Shown here one piece after another: positions 9,351-19,550 of a stretch of 64,000 bases of DNA. Source of the DNA: an uncultured Acidobacteriota bacterium (lineage in GTDB: Bacteria; Acidobacteriota; Thermoanaerobaculia; Multivoradales; SZUA-115); the NCBI GenBank assembly GCA_963805975.1, contig CAWDVR010000002.1, positions 32,001-96,000 on the forward strand, in the 5' to 3' direction. Each line of letters opens with the position of its first letter. Positions within the stretch are counted from its first letter, which is position 1. The position numbers and the translations under genes were made by a program. The notes below the pieces were generated by a model. It did not search any database. It was not told the DNA's origin and saw only the letters and a program-made list of their open reading frames with translations.

Positions 9351-11784
9351 GCGACGGCAGCCCGACGGCCTCGAGCAGCCGCTCGAAGCGTGGCTCGCCG
9401 TAGAGCGGCCGATAGTCCGGCACCACGGCCAGCCAGCCGAGCACCCAGGCCTTGCGCTGGTACCCCCGCTCGAGCCAGGCGAGGGCCTTCTCTTTCTCGC
9501 CGGCGAGCGCCAGCAGGCCGGCCACCACCCCGATGTGCGCCGGCGTCTCCTCCCGCACCTGATCGAGCTCCAGGGCCACCCAGCGCAGGGCGGCCGTGTA
9601 GCCGCTCGCGGCCAGGATCTCGTCGTAGCGCGGCAGCAGCTCCGGATGACCGAAGCCTGCGAGGTAGCGCCGCAGCTCCTGGCCGCGCTCGGGGTCCTTG
9701 CCCAGGCTGTCGTAGACCAGCCACAGCGAGTCGTGGGTGGGGCTGTAGGTCGGGTCGAGCTCGAGCGCGTGCCGGAGCTCGCGGATCGCCGCCTCGTACT
9801 GCTTCTCGAACAAATATTGCACCCCGACGTCGACGCGCGCCCGGACGGAGACCGGGTCGAGCGCGGCGGCGCGCTCGATCTCGGCGCGGGACTCGACGAA
9901 CCGGCGCTGGCAGACGAGGAGCATCCAGTACTTGCGCCGCGCGAGGGCCGAGCTGGGATCGAGCTCCACGGCGCGGCGGATCTCGCGCTCCGCCGCCGCC
10001 CACTGCCAGCGGTCGAGCGCCAGCTCGCCCAGCGCGGCATGGCCCTCGGCCAGGGTCTCGTCCAGTGCGATGGCGCGCCGCGCCGCCTCCTCGGCCTGGG
10101 GCAGGAGCTCGGCCGGATCGGCGTGAAACGAGGCCTGCCAGATCAGCGAGTCGGCGAGGCCCGCCCAGGCGGGCGCAAAGCTCGGGTCGCTGTCGAGCGC
10201 GCTCTTGAAGAACTTCTGCGCCTGCCGGTGCGCCTCCTCGCCGGAGCGGCTGGCGTGGAACTTCCCCTGCAAGTAGGCCTGGTACACCTCGGGGTCGACG
10301 GAGCGGGTGCTCGCCATGCGCGTGGCCTCGGCGGTGGAGAGCTCGATGCCCGCGGCCTGGGCGATCGAGGTGGCGAAGGTATTGTGCAGAGCGGTGACGT
10401 CCGAGAACGCCCGCTCCAGGCTGTCGGACCACAGGGTGGCCTCGGGCCGGGCGCGGACCAGTTGCGCGGAGAGGCGTACCTTCTCCCCCATCCGCTCGAC
10501 GGAGCCCTCCACCACGTAGTCCACGCCGAGGTCGGAGGCGATCTCCGAGGCCAGCTTGCGCGAGCCCTTGTAGTGCATGGCGGACTGGCGGGAGATGACG
10601 CGCAGCGCCTTGATCTTGGCGAGCGAGGAGATCAGGCCGTCGGTCATGCCGTCCACGAAGTACTCGGGCTCGCCGGAGAAGCTGGCGAGCGGCAGCACGA
10701 CCAGCGCCGGCTGCGCGGTCTGGGCGCGGGAGGTGGCGGCCAAAGGTTTCTGACGCTCGGTGGCCGGCCGGCCACGCCGGTACCAGGCGCCGGCCCCGCC
10801 GGCGACCAGCGCCAGGGCCACCGCCGCCGCTACCCAGCGGGTGGTGGCGCGGCGCGGGCGCCAGGGCAGGCTCAGGGAGGCGCTGCTGAGCGCACCCCGG
10901 CCGAGCGTGCCCCGGGTGGTGAGCTTCTGGGCCGCGCCGGCCAGCGCTTCGCGCGCCTCGGCCGCGGACTGGTAGCGCGCTTCCGGCGTCTTTTCCAGGC
11001 AGCGCAGCACGACCTCGTTGAGGCCGGCGGGAAGGTTCGGCTTCAGCCGCCGCATAGCGGCCGGCTGGTCGCGCAGCACCGCGGAGATCAGATCGGCCGG
11101 GTTGGCGCCCTGGAACGGGCAGACGCCGGTCGCCATCTCGTAGAGCACGACGCCGAGCGCGAAGACGTCCACCCGCGGGTCCGGGGTACGGCCCTGGAGC
11201 TGCTCGGGCGCCATGTAGGCGAGCGTGCCGATGATCCGCCCCTCGCGGGTCAGGCTGTCCCCCGTCATGCCGGCCCGGGGCAGGCCGTGGAGCTGGGTGG
11301 CGTCGCTGTCGCCGGAATAGAGCTTGGCGAGGCCGAAGTCGAGCACCTTCACCCGGCCCTCGGGGGTGACCATGATGTTGCCGGGCTTGAAGTCGCGGTG
11401 GGTGATGCCGCGCGCATGCGCCGCGGCCAGGGCGTCGGCCATCGGCACCGCCAGGCGCAGCACCTCGCGCGTGTCGAGGCCACCGGCCGGGATCATCTGC
11501 TCGAGCGTCTTGCCCTCGACGTGCTCCATGGTCAGGAAGCGCTCGCCGGCGGCTTCCTCGACCGAGTAGAGGGTGACGATGTTCGGGTGGTTGAGGGCGG
11601 CGACCGCCTTGGCCTCGCGCTCGAAGCGGCGCATCGGCTGCGGATCGTGCGCCATCTCGGGCGGCAGGAACTTGAGCGCCACCTTGCGCTGCAGGCGCAT
11701 GTCCTCGGCGAGATACACCACGCCCATCCCGCCCTCGCCGAGCTTGTCCAGGATGCGGTAGTGGGAAAAGGTACGGCCGACCAC
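9331..11784 (-). CDS. Hanks-type Ser/Thr protein kinase with TM segment, TolB-like domain and TPRs
   Basis: [30 protein letters not shown]; LVVLPL...[12 protein letters not shown]; TPR helices. Start approximate. Confidence 0.92.
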   Translation of the reverse strand: MVGRTFSHYRILDKLGEGGMGVVYLAEDMRLQRKVALKFLPPEMAHDPQPMRRFEREAKAVAALNHPNIVTLYSVEEAAGERFLTMEHVEGKTLEQMIPAGGLDTREVLRLAVPMADALAAAHARGITHRDFKPGNIMVTPEGRVKVLDFGLAKLYSGDSDATQLHGLPRAGMTGDSLTREGRIIGTLAYMAPEQLQGRTPDPRVDVFALGVVLYEMATGVCPFQGANPADLISAVLRDQPAAMRRLKPNLPAGLNEVVLRCLEKTPEARYQSAAEAREALAGAAQKLTTRGTLGRGALSSASLSLPWRPRRATTRWVAAAVALALVAGGAGAWYRRGRPATERQKPLAATSRAQTAQPALVVLPLASFSGEPEYFVDGMTDGLISSLAKIKALRVISRQSAMHYKGSRKLASEIASDLGVDYVVEGSVERMGEKVRLSAQLVRARPEATLWSDSLERAFSDVTALHNTFATSIAQAAGIELSTAEATRMASTRSVDPEVYQAYLQGKFHASRSGEEAHRQAQKFFKSALDSDPSFAPAWAGLADSLIWQASFHADPAELLPQAEEAARRAIALDETLAEGHAALGELALDRWQWAAAEREIRRAVELDPSSALARRKYWMLLVCQRRFVESRAEIERAAALDPVSVRARVDVGVQYLFEKQYEAAIRELRHALELDPTYSPTHDSLWLVYDSLGKDPERGQELRRYLAGFGHPELLPRYDEILAASGYTAALRWVALELDQVREETPAHIGVVAGLLALAGEKEKALAWLERGYQRKAWVLGWLAVVPDYRPLYGEPRFERLLEAVGLPSPSKTSS

Positions 11785-11957
11785 GGGGTTCCTGGGCCGG
11801 TACTCTAGCAGCCCGCGGCCGAGCCGGCTGTGGAGTGCCAACGCCCCGGCGGCTACGTTGGCGCGATCGGGGCGAAAACCCTTGACCCTTTCCTACAGGA
11901 GTAGTAGAAAGAGCCGAGCCCATCCGCTCCCGCCTCGGGGAGCAAAAAGGAGGCTGC

Positions 11958-13265
11958 ATGCCGCGCTCGGCCCGTTTCAGCTCGATCCTGGTTCTCGCTG
12001 CTCTCGCCACCTCCTCCGGCGTTCTGGCCGACGACTGGCCGCAGTGGCGCGGCCCGCGGCGGGACGGCAAGTCCGCCGAGACCGGCCTGCTCACGGAATG
12101 GAAGGAAGGAGGCCCGCCGCTCGCCTGGCAGGCGAGCGGCCTGGGAGGCGGGTTCTCGAGCCTCGCCATCACCGGCGGCCGGATCTACACCATGGGTGAC
12201 CTCGAGGGGGGCGAGGCCGAGGGCGGCCAACACGTGCTGGCCCTCGATGCCGCCAACGGCAAGGTGGTGTGGAAGACGCGGATCGGCCCGAAGTGGGAGG
12301 ACGAGTACGGCGGCTCGCGCGCCACTCCCACCGTCGACGGTGGCCAGGTCTTCGCGGTCTCGACCGAGGGCGAGGTCGTCTGCCTCGAAGCCGCCACCGG
12401 CAAGCAGGTGTGGAGCCGCAGCCTGGCCAAGGACTTCGGCGGCCGGATGATGGAGATCCGGGGCACCCACTGGAAGTTCTCCGAGTCGCCGCTCGTCGAT
12501 GGCGACGCGGTGATCGTGACGCCGGGCGCCAAGGCCGCCGCGCTGGTGGCGCTCGATCGCAAGACCGGCGCCGAGCGCTGGCGCACGGCGCTGCCGGACC
12601 TGGGGCCCAAGGGTGCCGACGGCGCGGGCTACTCCTCGGTGGTGATCTCGCACGGTGCCGGCGTCAAGCAGTACGTGCAGCTCCTGGGCCGCGGCCTGGT
12701 CGGCGTGGATGCCAAGACCGGCAAGTTCCTGTGGGGCTACAACAAGGTGGCGAACGACGTGGCGAACATCCCCACGCCGCTCGTCGACGGCGATCACGTG
12801 TTCACGGCCACCGGCTACGGCGCCGGCGGCGCGCTCCTCGAGCTGCGCAAGAACGGCGACGGCGTGGCGGCCAACGAGGTCTACTTCCTCGCCGGCGACA
12901 CCTTCCAGAACCACCACGGCGGCATGATCCTGGACCACGGCTTCGTGTTCGCCGGCACCGGCCACAACAAGGGCTTCCCGGTGAGCCTGAAGCTGGCCGA
13001 CGGCAAGCTCGCCTGGGGGCCCATCCGCAACCAGGGCCAGGGCTCGGCGGCCGTCACGTTCGCCGACGGCCACCTCTACATGCGCTACCAGAACGGCCTC
13101 GTGCTGCTGGTCGAGGCGACGCCCGAGGGCTACCGCGAGAAGGGCTCGTTCAAGATCCCCAACGTCAATCACCCGAGCTGGTCGCACCCGGTGGTGGCGG
13201 GCGGCAAGCTCTTCCTGCGCGAGCAGGGCACGCTCTACGTCTACGACCTGAAAGCCACCGGCTGA
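11958..13265 (+). CDS. PQQ-binding-like beta-propeller repeat protein (BamB-like)
   Basis: Signal peptide, DWPQWRGPRRDG, repeated LDAxTGKxxW, WSHPVVAGGKLFLR. Confidence 0.88.
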   Translation: MPRSARFSSILVLAALATSSGVLADDWPQWRGPRRDGKSAETGLLTEWKEGGPPLAWQASGLGGGFSSLAITGGRIYTMGDLEGGEAEGGQHVLALDAANGKVVWKTRIGPKWEDEYGGSRATPTVDGGQVFAVSTEGEVVCLEAATGKQVWSRSLAKDFGGRMMEIRGTHWKFSESPLVDGDAVIVTPGAKAAALVALDRKTGAERWRTALPDLGPKGADGAGYSSVVISHGAGVKQYVQLLGRGLVGVDAKTGKFLWGYNKVANDVANIPTPLVDGDHVFTATGYGAGGALLELRKNGDGVAANEVYFLAGDTFQNHHGGMILDHGFVFAGTGHNKGFPVSLKLADGKLAWGPIRNQGQGSAAVTFADGHLYMRYQNGLVLLVEATPEGYREKGSFKIPNVNHPSWSHPVVAGGKLFLREQGTLYVYDLKATG

Positions 13266-13291
13266 GAGCCGTGGAGAAAAAGGAGCTTTCC

Positions 13292-14422
13292 ATGCGCCTG
13301 TCCCCCCGCTCGTGGCTCGCGATCGTCGTCACCCTGGCCGTGGCCCTGGCTGCCGGCTGGGCCCTCGCCTCCAACACCCCGGAGCTGGCGGCGCCGAGGA
13401 CCGGCGCCTGGAAATCCGCCGGCGCCCTGGCCTTCGGGCCCGGCGGCGTGCTCTTCGTGGGCGACTCCGAGGGCGCCGCGATCTACGCCCTCGAGACCCG
13501 CGCCGGCTCGCCGCCGGCAGCCGAGCAGAAGCTCGCGCCGGTCCGCGACCTCGACGAGAAGCTGGCGGCCTACCTCGGCACCACGGCGCGCGAGGTAGCG
13601 GTCAACGACATGGCCGTTCACCCTGCGGACAAGGCCGTCTACCTCTCGCTGACCCGCGGCCGCGGCCAGGCCGCGCAGCCGGCCCTGCTGCGACTGGCGC
13701 GCGACGGCTCGCTCTCCGAGGTGCCTCTCGACCCGGCGCGCACCAGCCGGCTCGACCTCGCCAACGCTCCGGCACCGGACGCCAAGCGCGGCGAGCGGCG
13801 CCTGCGCGGCCTCACCATCACCGACATGGAGCTGGTCGACGGCGAGCTCTACGTCGCCGGCCTGTCGAACGAGGAGTTCGCCTCGGTGCTGCGGCGGGTG
13901 CCGTACCCGTTCGGCAGCGAGGTCAAGGCCACCGGCCTCGAGATCTACCACGGCGCGCACGGCACCTACGAGACCTTCGCGCCGATCTACACCTTCATCC
14001 CCTTCGAGGCGGGCGGCAAGCGGCAGATCCTGGCGAGCTACGTCTGCACGCCGCTCGTCGCCTTCCCGCTGGACGAGGTCAAGACCGCGCCGCGGCTGCG
14101 CGGCAAGACCCTGGCCGAGCTCGGCTGGGGCAACGTGCCGTTCGACATGGTCCCCTACGAGAGCGCGGGCCAGCGCTACGTGCTGATGGCCAACAGCAGC
14201 CGAGGCACGATGAAGATGCGGCTGGTGGACATCGAGGCCGCGCTCGGCAAGCCGGGGATCGATACCAAGTCCGACGCCCGCACCGGCGTCGCCTTCTCCA
14301 ACTCGCCGGTCGCCGGCGTGGTGCAGCTCGCCGACCTCGACACCGAGAACGTGCTGGTGCTGTCGCGCGACCTGTCGTACGGCGGGCTGACGCTCGCGCC
14401 GCGCGCCAAAGACTCCCTGTGA
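13292..14422 (+). CDS. Secreted hypothetical beta-propeller-like protein
   Basis: AAGGAG RBS, signal peptide, ALAFGPGGVLFVGDS, VAGLSNEEF, EIYHGAHGTYET. Confidence 0.75.
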   Translation: MRLSPRSWLAIVVTLAVALAAGWALASNTPELAAPRTGAWKSAGALAFGPGGVLFVGDSEGAAIYALETRAGSPPAAEQKLAPVRDLDEKLAAYLGTTAREVAVNDMAVHPADKAVYLSLTRGRGQAAQPALLRLARDGSLSEVPLDPARTSRLDLANAPAPDAKRGERRLRGLTITDMELVDGELYVAGLSNEEFASVLRRVPYPFGSEVKATGLEIYHGAHGTYETFAPIYTFIPFEAGGKRQILASYVCTPLVAFPLDEVKTAPRLRGKTLAELGWGNVPFDMVPYESAGQRYVLMANSSRGTMKMRLVDIEAALGKPGIDTKSDARTGVAFSNSPVAGVVQLADLDTENVLVLSRDLSYGGLTLAPRAKDSL

Positions 14423-15570
14423 GGCTGGCGCGGGCGCTCGCCTGCGGCCTGCTGCTCGCGGGCTGCGGTGAGGACCGGGCCGGCCGCGGGCCGGAGATCC
14501 GTTTCGAGGCCGAGTCCGGCACCGTGGCCCTCGACGGCCTGCCGCGGGAGGCGATCGCGGCCCTGCGCCACGAGCCGGCCGATACCTGGCCCATACACTT
14601 TCCCGTCGCGACCGCCGCAGCAGCCGGGCGGGACGACCGACCGCCCGTGCTCGGCTCGTACGCCGTCGAAGGCGATCGCGTGCGCTTCCGGCCGCGCTTC
14701 CCCTTCCTGCCGGGTCAGGGTTACATCGCGCGCTGGCTCCCGCCGGGCGCCCCACCCGGCACGGGGCCGGCCGCGGAGCTCCGGTTCTCCCTGCCCCGCC
14801 CTGCGCTCGCGCCCAGCACGGTGGTGTCCCACGTCTACCCCACGGGCGTCGAGCTGCCGGAGAACCTCCTCAAGCTCTACGTCCACTTCTCAGCCCCCAT
14901 GAGCCGCAGCGACGCTCGCCATCATCTGCACCTCCTCACGGATGACGGCTCCGAGGTGGCGGCGCCTTTCGCGCTGCCCGAGGTCGAGCTGTGGAACGAG
15001 GAGACCACCCGGCTTACCGTGCTCCTCGACCCCGGCCGCATCAAGCGCGGTGTGGGGCCGAACGAGCAGGCCGGGCCGCCGCTCGTCGCCGGCCGACTCT
15101 ACCGACTGCGGATCGATGCCGAGTGGGAGGACGCCCAGGGCAATCCTCTGGCTTCCCCGTTCGAGAAGCGCTTCCGCGCCGCGCCGGCGGACCGCGATGC
15201 GCCCGCGGTCGAGAGCTGGCTGCTCGAGCCCCCGGAGCACCGTTCCTCGCCGCTCGCCCTGCGTCTCTCCGAGCGCCTCGACCACGCGCTCCTCCTCGGC
15301 TGCCTGACGGTGGTGGACAGCGAGGGCGTCGCCGTGGAGGGCACGGTCGAGATCCCGGCCGGCGAGACGAGCTGGCTCTTCCGGCCGCGCGCGCCCTGGC
15401 GGGCGGGGAGCTACACCCTCCGCATCGAGACCCGCCTCGAGGACTTGGCCGGCAACAGCCTGCGGCGGCCCTTCGAGACGCCGGTCGCCGTGGAGGCCGG
15501 AGAACAGGACCCCTCCTCGGGCGTAGTGGAGCTCCCGTTCACCGTGAAAGGGCCGCCGGCAAGCGGGTAA
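14419..15570 (+). CDS. Lipoprotein with Ig-like (SbsA/Big_5-like) domains
   Basis: GTGA overlap with the upstream stop; lipobox LLAGC; PENLLKLYVHFSAPM, LDPGRIKRG, LEDLAGN. Confidence 0.7.
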   Translation: MRLARALACGLLLAGCGEDRAGRGPEIRFEAESGTVALDGLPREAIAALRHEPADTWPIHFPVATAAAAGRDDRPPVLGSYAVEGDRVRFRPRFPFLPGQGYIARWLPPGAPPGTGPAAELRFSLPRPALAPSTVVSHVYPTGVELPENLLKLYVHFSAPMSRSDARHHLHLLTDDGSEVAAPFALPEVELWNEETTRLTVLLDPGRIKRGVGPNEQAGPPLVAGRLYRLRIDAEWEDAQGNPLASPFEKRFRAAPADRDAPAVESWLLEPPEHRSSPLALRLSERLDHALLLGCLTVVDSEGVAVEGTVEIPAGETSWLFRPRAPWRAGSYTLRIETRLEDLAGNSLRRPFETPVAVEAGEQDPSSGVVELPFTVKGPPASG

Positions 15571-15643
15571 TCTCCTCCTGTACAGGCTGCGAGGAGGTGG
15601 GCCATGGCGGTATGGCGAGGGCCTGTTTCGGAGAGTCGTATCC

Positions 15644-15672
15644 TTGACTTACGCCTCCATTACGCCTACTCT
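15644..15672 (+). promoter_or_regulatory. sigma70 promoter of dnaE2 with a direct-repeat operator candidate
   Basis: TTGACT-N17-TACTCT; TTACGCCT at 15649 and 15660 (11-bp period) fills the spacer. Confidence 0.65.
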
Positions 15673-15701
15673 TCACCCGCGAGCTGATCCGCATTTTCCC
15701 C

Positions 15702-18700
15702 ATGCCGGACGACCCCCAACTGCCTGCCCCACCCGCGAGGAGCTTCGGCAGCGGTGGCCCTCTCTCGTACCTGTCCCCCGGGGCGCGCAAGGAGAAGCTC
15801 CGCCAGCGCTCGTACCACAAAGGGACCGGGGCCAAGCGCCCCTTGCCCTATGCCGAGCTGCGCGCCGCCTCGGCGTTCTCCTTCCTGGAAGGCGCCTCGC
15901 TGCCCGAGGACCTGGTCGAGCGCGCCGCGGCCTGCGAGCTGCCGGCCATGGCGCTGGTGGACCGGAACGGCGTCTACGGCGCGCCGCGCTTCTACCGGGC
16001 GGCCCGCGAGGCGGGCCTCAAGGCCCTGGTGGGGGCCGAGGTGGCGCTGTCAACCGGCCCTCGTTCCGGTGGCACGGCCCCGGCAACGGCCGGCACAGGT
16101 CCGGCCGCTACGCGTTTTCGTGGTCCCCTGGGCCTGGTGCCGGAGCCCCCGCCCCGGTTGCCGGGGCCCGGAGAGGACCGCCCGCCGCGGCTGACGCTGC
16201 TGGTGGAGAGCCGCGCAGGCTACAAGAACCTGTGCCGGCTGCTCACCGCCGCGGCCCGCGGCCGGACCAAGGGCGATGCGCGGGCCGATTGGGAGGTACT
16301 GGCCGCCCACGCCAGCGGCCTCCACTGCCTGACCGGCGGCGGTGAGGGCCCCCTGGCGCGTGCTCTCACCCACGACGGCATGGAAGCGGCGCGGCGCTTC
16401 CTCGAACGCCTCGCCGCGCTCTTCCCCGGCCGCCTGCACGTCGAGCTGCAGCGCCACGGTGTCAAAGAGGAGGAGCAGCGGAACGCGGCCCTCGTCGACC
16501 TCGCCCGGCGCCTGAAGCTGCCGCTCGTCGCCACCAACGGCGTGGCCTACGCGCGGCGCGAGGACAAGCCCCTCCACGACGTGCTGACCTCGATCCGCGA
16601 GCACACCGAGCTCGACAAGGCCGGCGCGCTCCTCGCCGCCCACCGCGAGCGGCACGTCAAGACCGCGGCCGAGATGGCGCGGCTCTTCGCCGACCTGCCG
16701 CGGGCGGTGACGGCGAGCTGGGAGCTCTCCGAGCGCCTCGGCTTCACCCTCGCCGACCTCGGCTACCGCTTCCCGGACTACCCGCTGCCGCCGGGCGAGA
16801 CGCCGGCCTCCTATCTTCGCCAGGTGACCTGGAGCGCGGCCCAGGCCCGCTTCCGGCCGCTCACGGCGCGCGCCCAGGCCCAGGTCGAGAAGGAGCTGGC
16901 GGTGATCGAGAAGCTCGATCTCGCCGGCTACTTCCTCATCGTCTGGGACGTGGTGCGCTTCTGCCAGCGCTCGGGCATCCTCGCCCAGGGCCGCGGCTCG
17001 GCCGCCAACAGCGCGGTCTGCTACGCGCTGGGCATCACCGCCGTGGACCCGGTGAAGATGGGCCTGCTCTTCGAGCGCTTCCTCTCCGAGGAGCGCGGCG
17101 AGTGGCCGGACATCGACCTCGACCTGCCCTCGGGGGCGCAGCGAGAGAAGGTGATCCAGCACGTCTACACCCGCTACGGCCCGCACGGCGCGGCGATGAC
17201 CGCCAACGTCATCACCTACCGCGACCGCTCCTCCACCCGCGAGGTGGCGAAGGTGCTGGGCTACTCGGCGGAACAGGTGGACCAGCTCGCCAAGCGGCTC
17301 GGCACCTTCAACTACGACCTGGTGCGCGGCGACGAGAAGAACCTCGAGCGCGAGATCGCCGCCGCCGGCTTCGACCCGGAGGAGCGGCGCATGCAGCTCT
17401 TCGCCGAGCTGTGGAAGAAGGTCCATCACCTCCCCCGCCATCTCGGCCAGCACTCGGGCGGCATGGTGATCGCCGCCGGCCGGCTCGACGAGGTGGTGCC
17501 GCTCGAGCCCTCATCCATGCCGGGCCGCGTGGTCGTGCAGTGGGACAAGGACGACTGCGCGGACTTAGGAGTAGTCAAGGTCGACCTCCTGGGCCTCGGC
17601 ATGCTGAACGCTCTCGCGGAGGTGATCCCGCTCGTCAGGCGCCACGAGCGGCTGCACGTCGACCTCGCACACCTGCCCCCGGACGATGCCAAGACCTTCG
17701 AGATGATCCGCCGCGCCGACACGGTCGGGGTGTTCCAGATCGAGAGCCGCGCCCAGATGGCCTCGCTCCCCCGGCATTCCCCCGAGCGGTTCTACGACCT
17801 GGTGGTGCAGGTGGCCATCATCCGGCCCGGGCCGATCGTCGGCGGCATGGTGCACCCCTTCTTCGAGCGCCGCCGCGGGCGCCAGCCGGTCGTCTACCCC
17901 CACCCGAGCCTCGAGCCGGTGCTGAAGCGCACTCTCGGCGTGCCGCTCTTCCAGGAGCAGATCCTGCGCGTCGCCATGGTGGCGGCGGGCTTCACCGGCG
18001 GCGAGGCCGAGGAGCTGCGCCGGGCCATGGGCTTCAAGCGCTCGCAGGAGCGCATGGTCGCCATCGAGGAGCGCCTGCGCTCCGGCATGGCGGCGCGCGG
18101 CATCACCGGCCCGGCGCAGGACCAGATCGTGCAGTCGATCACCTCCTTCGCGCTCTACGGCTTCCCGGAGTCGCACGCCGCGAGCTTCGCGCTCATCGCC
18201 TACGCCAGCGCGTACTTGAAAGCCCATCACCCCACGGCCTTCTACACCGCGCTGCTCAACGCCTGGCCGATGGGCTTCTACCACCCGGCGACCCTGGTGA
18301 AGGACGCCGAGCGCCACGGCGTCGAGGTGCGGGCGATCGACGTGGCGCGGTCGGGATGGCGGTGCCGGTGGGAGGCGGCGCCCTCACCCCGGCCCTCCGG
18401 ACGTAGCGGCCGGACCCGTGCCGGCCGTTCTTCGTGGCCCGGACCGACGGCCGGTACAAGCCCGGCCGCTACGGCCGGAAAAGAGACCTCGATCGCCGGC
18501 ACCCTGCGCCTGGGCCTCCGCTATGTGCGTGGCCTCAAGCAGGCGACCGGCGAGCGCATCGAGGCCGAGGCGGCGCGGCAGCCGTTCGCGAGCGTCGAGG
18601 ATCTGGTGACGCGCTGTCACATCGGCGAGGCCGAGGTCGGCGCCCTGGCCTCGGCCGGCGCGCTCGCCGGCTTCGGGCTCACCCGCCGCCAAGCCCTGTG

Positions 18701-19190
18701 GCAGGTGGCGTGGACGGCCCGCCCGGCCGGGCCGCTCTTCGCCGGCGAGGAAGGCTCGCCCTCGCCACTACCCGAGATGGAGCCGCTCGAGGAGACGGTC
18801 ACCGACTTCCTGACCACCGGCATGACCGTGGGCCCCCATCCCCTGGCCTACTTCCGGCCGAAGCTCAAGCGCATGGGAGCGGTCCAGAACGCGGCCCTCG
18901 ACAAGCTGCCGGCCGGCAAAAAAGTGCGCATCGCCGGCTCGGTGATCGTGCGCCAGCGCCCCCCCACCGCCAAGGGCCTGCTCTTCATCACCCTCGAGGA
19001 CGAGAGCGGCATGGCCCAGGCCATCGTACAGCCGGACCAGCTCAAGGAGCACCGCAGCCTGATCGTCGGCTCCCCCGGCCTGATGATCGAAGGCATCCTT
19101 CAGAAGCGCGACGGCAGCCTCTCCGTCAAGGCCGAGAAGTTCTGGTCGCTCCGCCGGCTGGAGGCACCCCCGAGCCACGACTTCCGGTGA
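15702..19190 (+). CDS. dnaE2: Error-prone DNA polymerase DnaE2 (ImuC)
   Basis: PHP YAEL...SAFSFLEGAS, GRGSAANS, PDIDLD, PRHLGQHSGG, KVDLLGLGML, YGFPESHA, RQRPPTAKG, C-terminal SHDFR typical of DnaE2. Confidence 0.95.
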   Translation: MPDDPQLPAPPARSFGSGGPLSYLSPGARKEKLRQRSYHKGTGAKRPLPYAELRAASAFSFLEGASLPEDLVERAAACELPAMALVDRNGVYGAPRFYRAAREAGLKALVGAEVALSTGPRSGGTAPATAGTGPAATRFRGPLGLVPEPPPRLPGPGEDRPPRLTLLVESRAGYKNLCRLLTAAARGRTKGDARADWEVLAAHASGLHCLTGGGEGPLARALTHDGMEAARRFLERLAALFPGRLHVELQRHGVKEEEQRNAALVDLARRLKLPLVATNGVAYARREDKPLHDVLTSIREHTELDKAGALLAAHRERHVKTAAEMARLFADLPRAVTASWELSERLGFTLADLGYRFPDYPLPPGETPASYLRQVTWSAAQARFRPLTARAQAQVEKELAVIEKLDLAGYFLIVWDVVRFCQRSGILAQGRGSAANSAVCYALGITAVDPVKMGLLFERFLSEERGEWPDIDLDLPSGAQREKVIQHVYTRYGPHGAAMTANVITYRDRSSTREVAKVLGYSAEQVDQLAKRLGTFNYDLVRGDEKNLEREIAAAGFDPEERRMQLFAELWKKVHHLPRHLGQHSGGMVIAAGRLDEVVPLEPSSMPGRVVVQWDKDDCADLGVVKVDLLGLGMLNALAEVIPLVRRHERLHVDLAHLPPDDAKTFEMIRRADTVGVFQIESRAQMASLPRHSPERFYDLVVQVAIIRPGPIVGGMVHPFFERRRGRQPVVYPHPSLEPVLKRTLGVPLFQEQILRVAMVAAGFTGGEAEELRRAMGFKRSQERMVAIEERLRSGMAARGITGPAQDQIVQSITSFALYGFPESHAASFALIAYASAYLKAHHPTAFYTALLNAWPMGFYHPATLVKDAERHGVEVRAIDVARSGWRCRWEAAPSPRPSGRSGRTRAGRSSWPGPTAGTSPAATAGKETSIAGTLRLGLRYVRGLKQATGERIEAEAARQPFASVEDLVTRCHIGEAEVGALASAGALAGFGLTRRQALWQVAWTARPAGPLFAGEEGSPSPLPEMEPLEETVTDFLTTGMTVGPHPLAYFRPKLKRMGAVQNAALDKLPAGKKVRIAGSVIVRQRPPTAKGLLFITLEDESGMAQAIVQPDQLKEHRSLIVGSPGLMIEGILQKRDGSLSVKAEKFWSLRRLEAPPSHDFR
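16085..16112 (-). repeat. GTAG-family REP inside the dnaE2 coding sequence
   Basis: Reverse complement CGTAG-CGGCCGG-ACCTGTG-CCGGCCG-TT, identical to 58263-58290. Confidence 0.85.
18402..18473. repeat. Inverted REP doublet (REPIN-like) inside dnaE2
   Basis: CGTAGCGGCCGGACCCGTGCCGGCCGTT ... ACGGCCGGTACAAGCCCGGCCGCTACG. Confidence 0.85.
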
Positions 19191-19232
19191 GCGTCGGTAC
19201 CTTGACGCGGTATACCTAGCGACGGTACGCTA
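19191..19232 (+). promoter_or_regulatory. higBA promoter with palindromic operators
   Basis: TTGACG-N18-TACGCT; inverted repeats GCGTC-N8-GACGC and TAGCG-N6-CGCTA overlap the -35 and -10. Confidence 0.55.
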
Positions 19233-19239
19233 AAAGTCC

Positions 19240-19530
19240 GTGGCCATCCAGAGCTTCGCCGACCCCGAGGTCGAGACCTTCTTCTTCCAGGGCCGGATAC
19301 CGAAACGCGCCGGATGGGCCAACCTAGACAGCGTGGTGCGTAGAAAGCTCGACATGGTCGACTACGCCGACAAGCTGCGGGATCTCGCGGCACCTCCGGG
19401 CAATCGTCTGGAGGAATTGAAGGGAAAGCTCGCCGGCTTCCATAGCATTCGGATCAACGATCAGTGGCGGATCGTCTTCCGCTGGACCGCCGCCGGTCCG
19501 ACCGCGGTCGACATCGTGGACTACCATTAG
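19240..19530 (+). CDS. higB: HigB (RelE/ParE-like) toxin
   Basis: IQSFAD...PPGNRLEELKG...HSIRINDQWRIVFRW...VDIVDYH. Confidence 0.92.
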   Translation: MAIQSFADPEVETFFFQGRIPKRAGWANLDSVVRRKLDMVDYADKLRDLAAPPGNRLEELKGKLAGFHSIRINDQWRIVFRWTAAGPTAVDIVDYH

Positions 19531-19550
19531 CCGTGAGCCAGGAGCCAACC

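Noticed and set aside
16050-18500. Inteins in DnaE2
   Set aside because: The insertions are only about 40 aa and lack C/S...HN splice motifs; REP DNA explains them.
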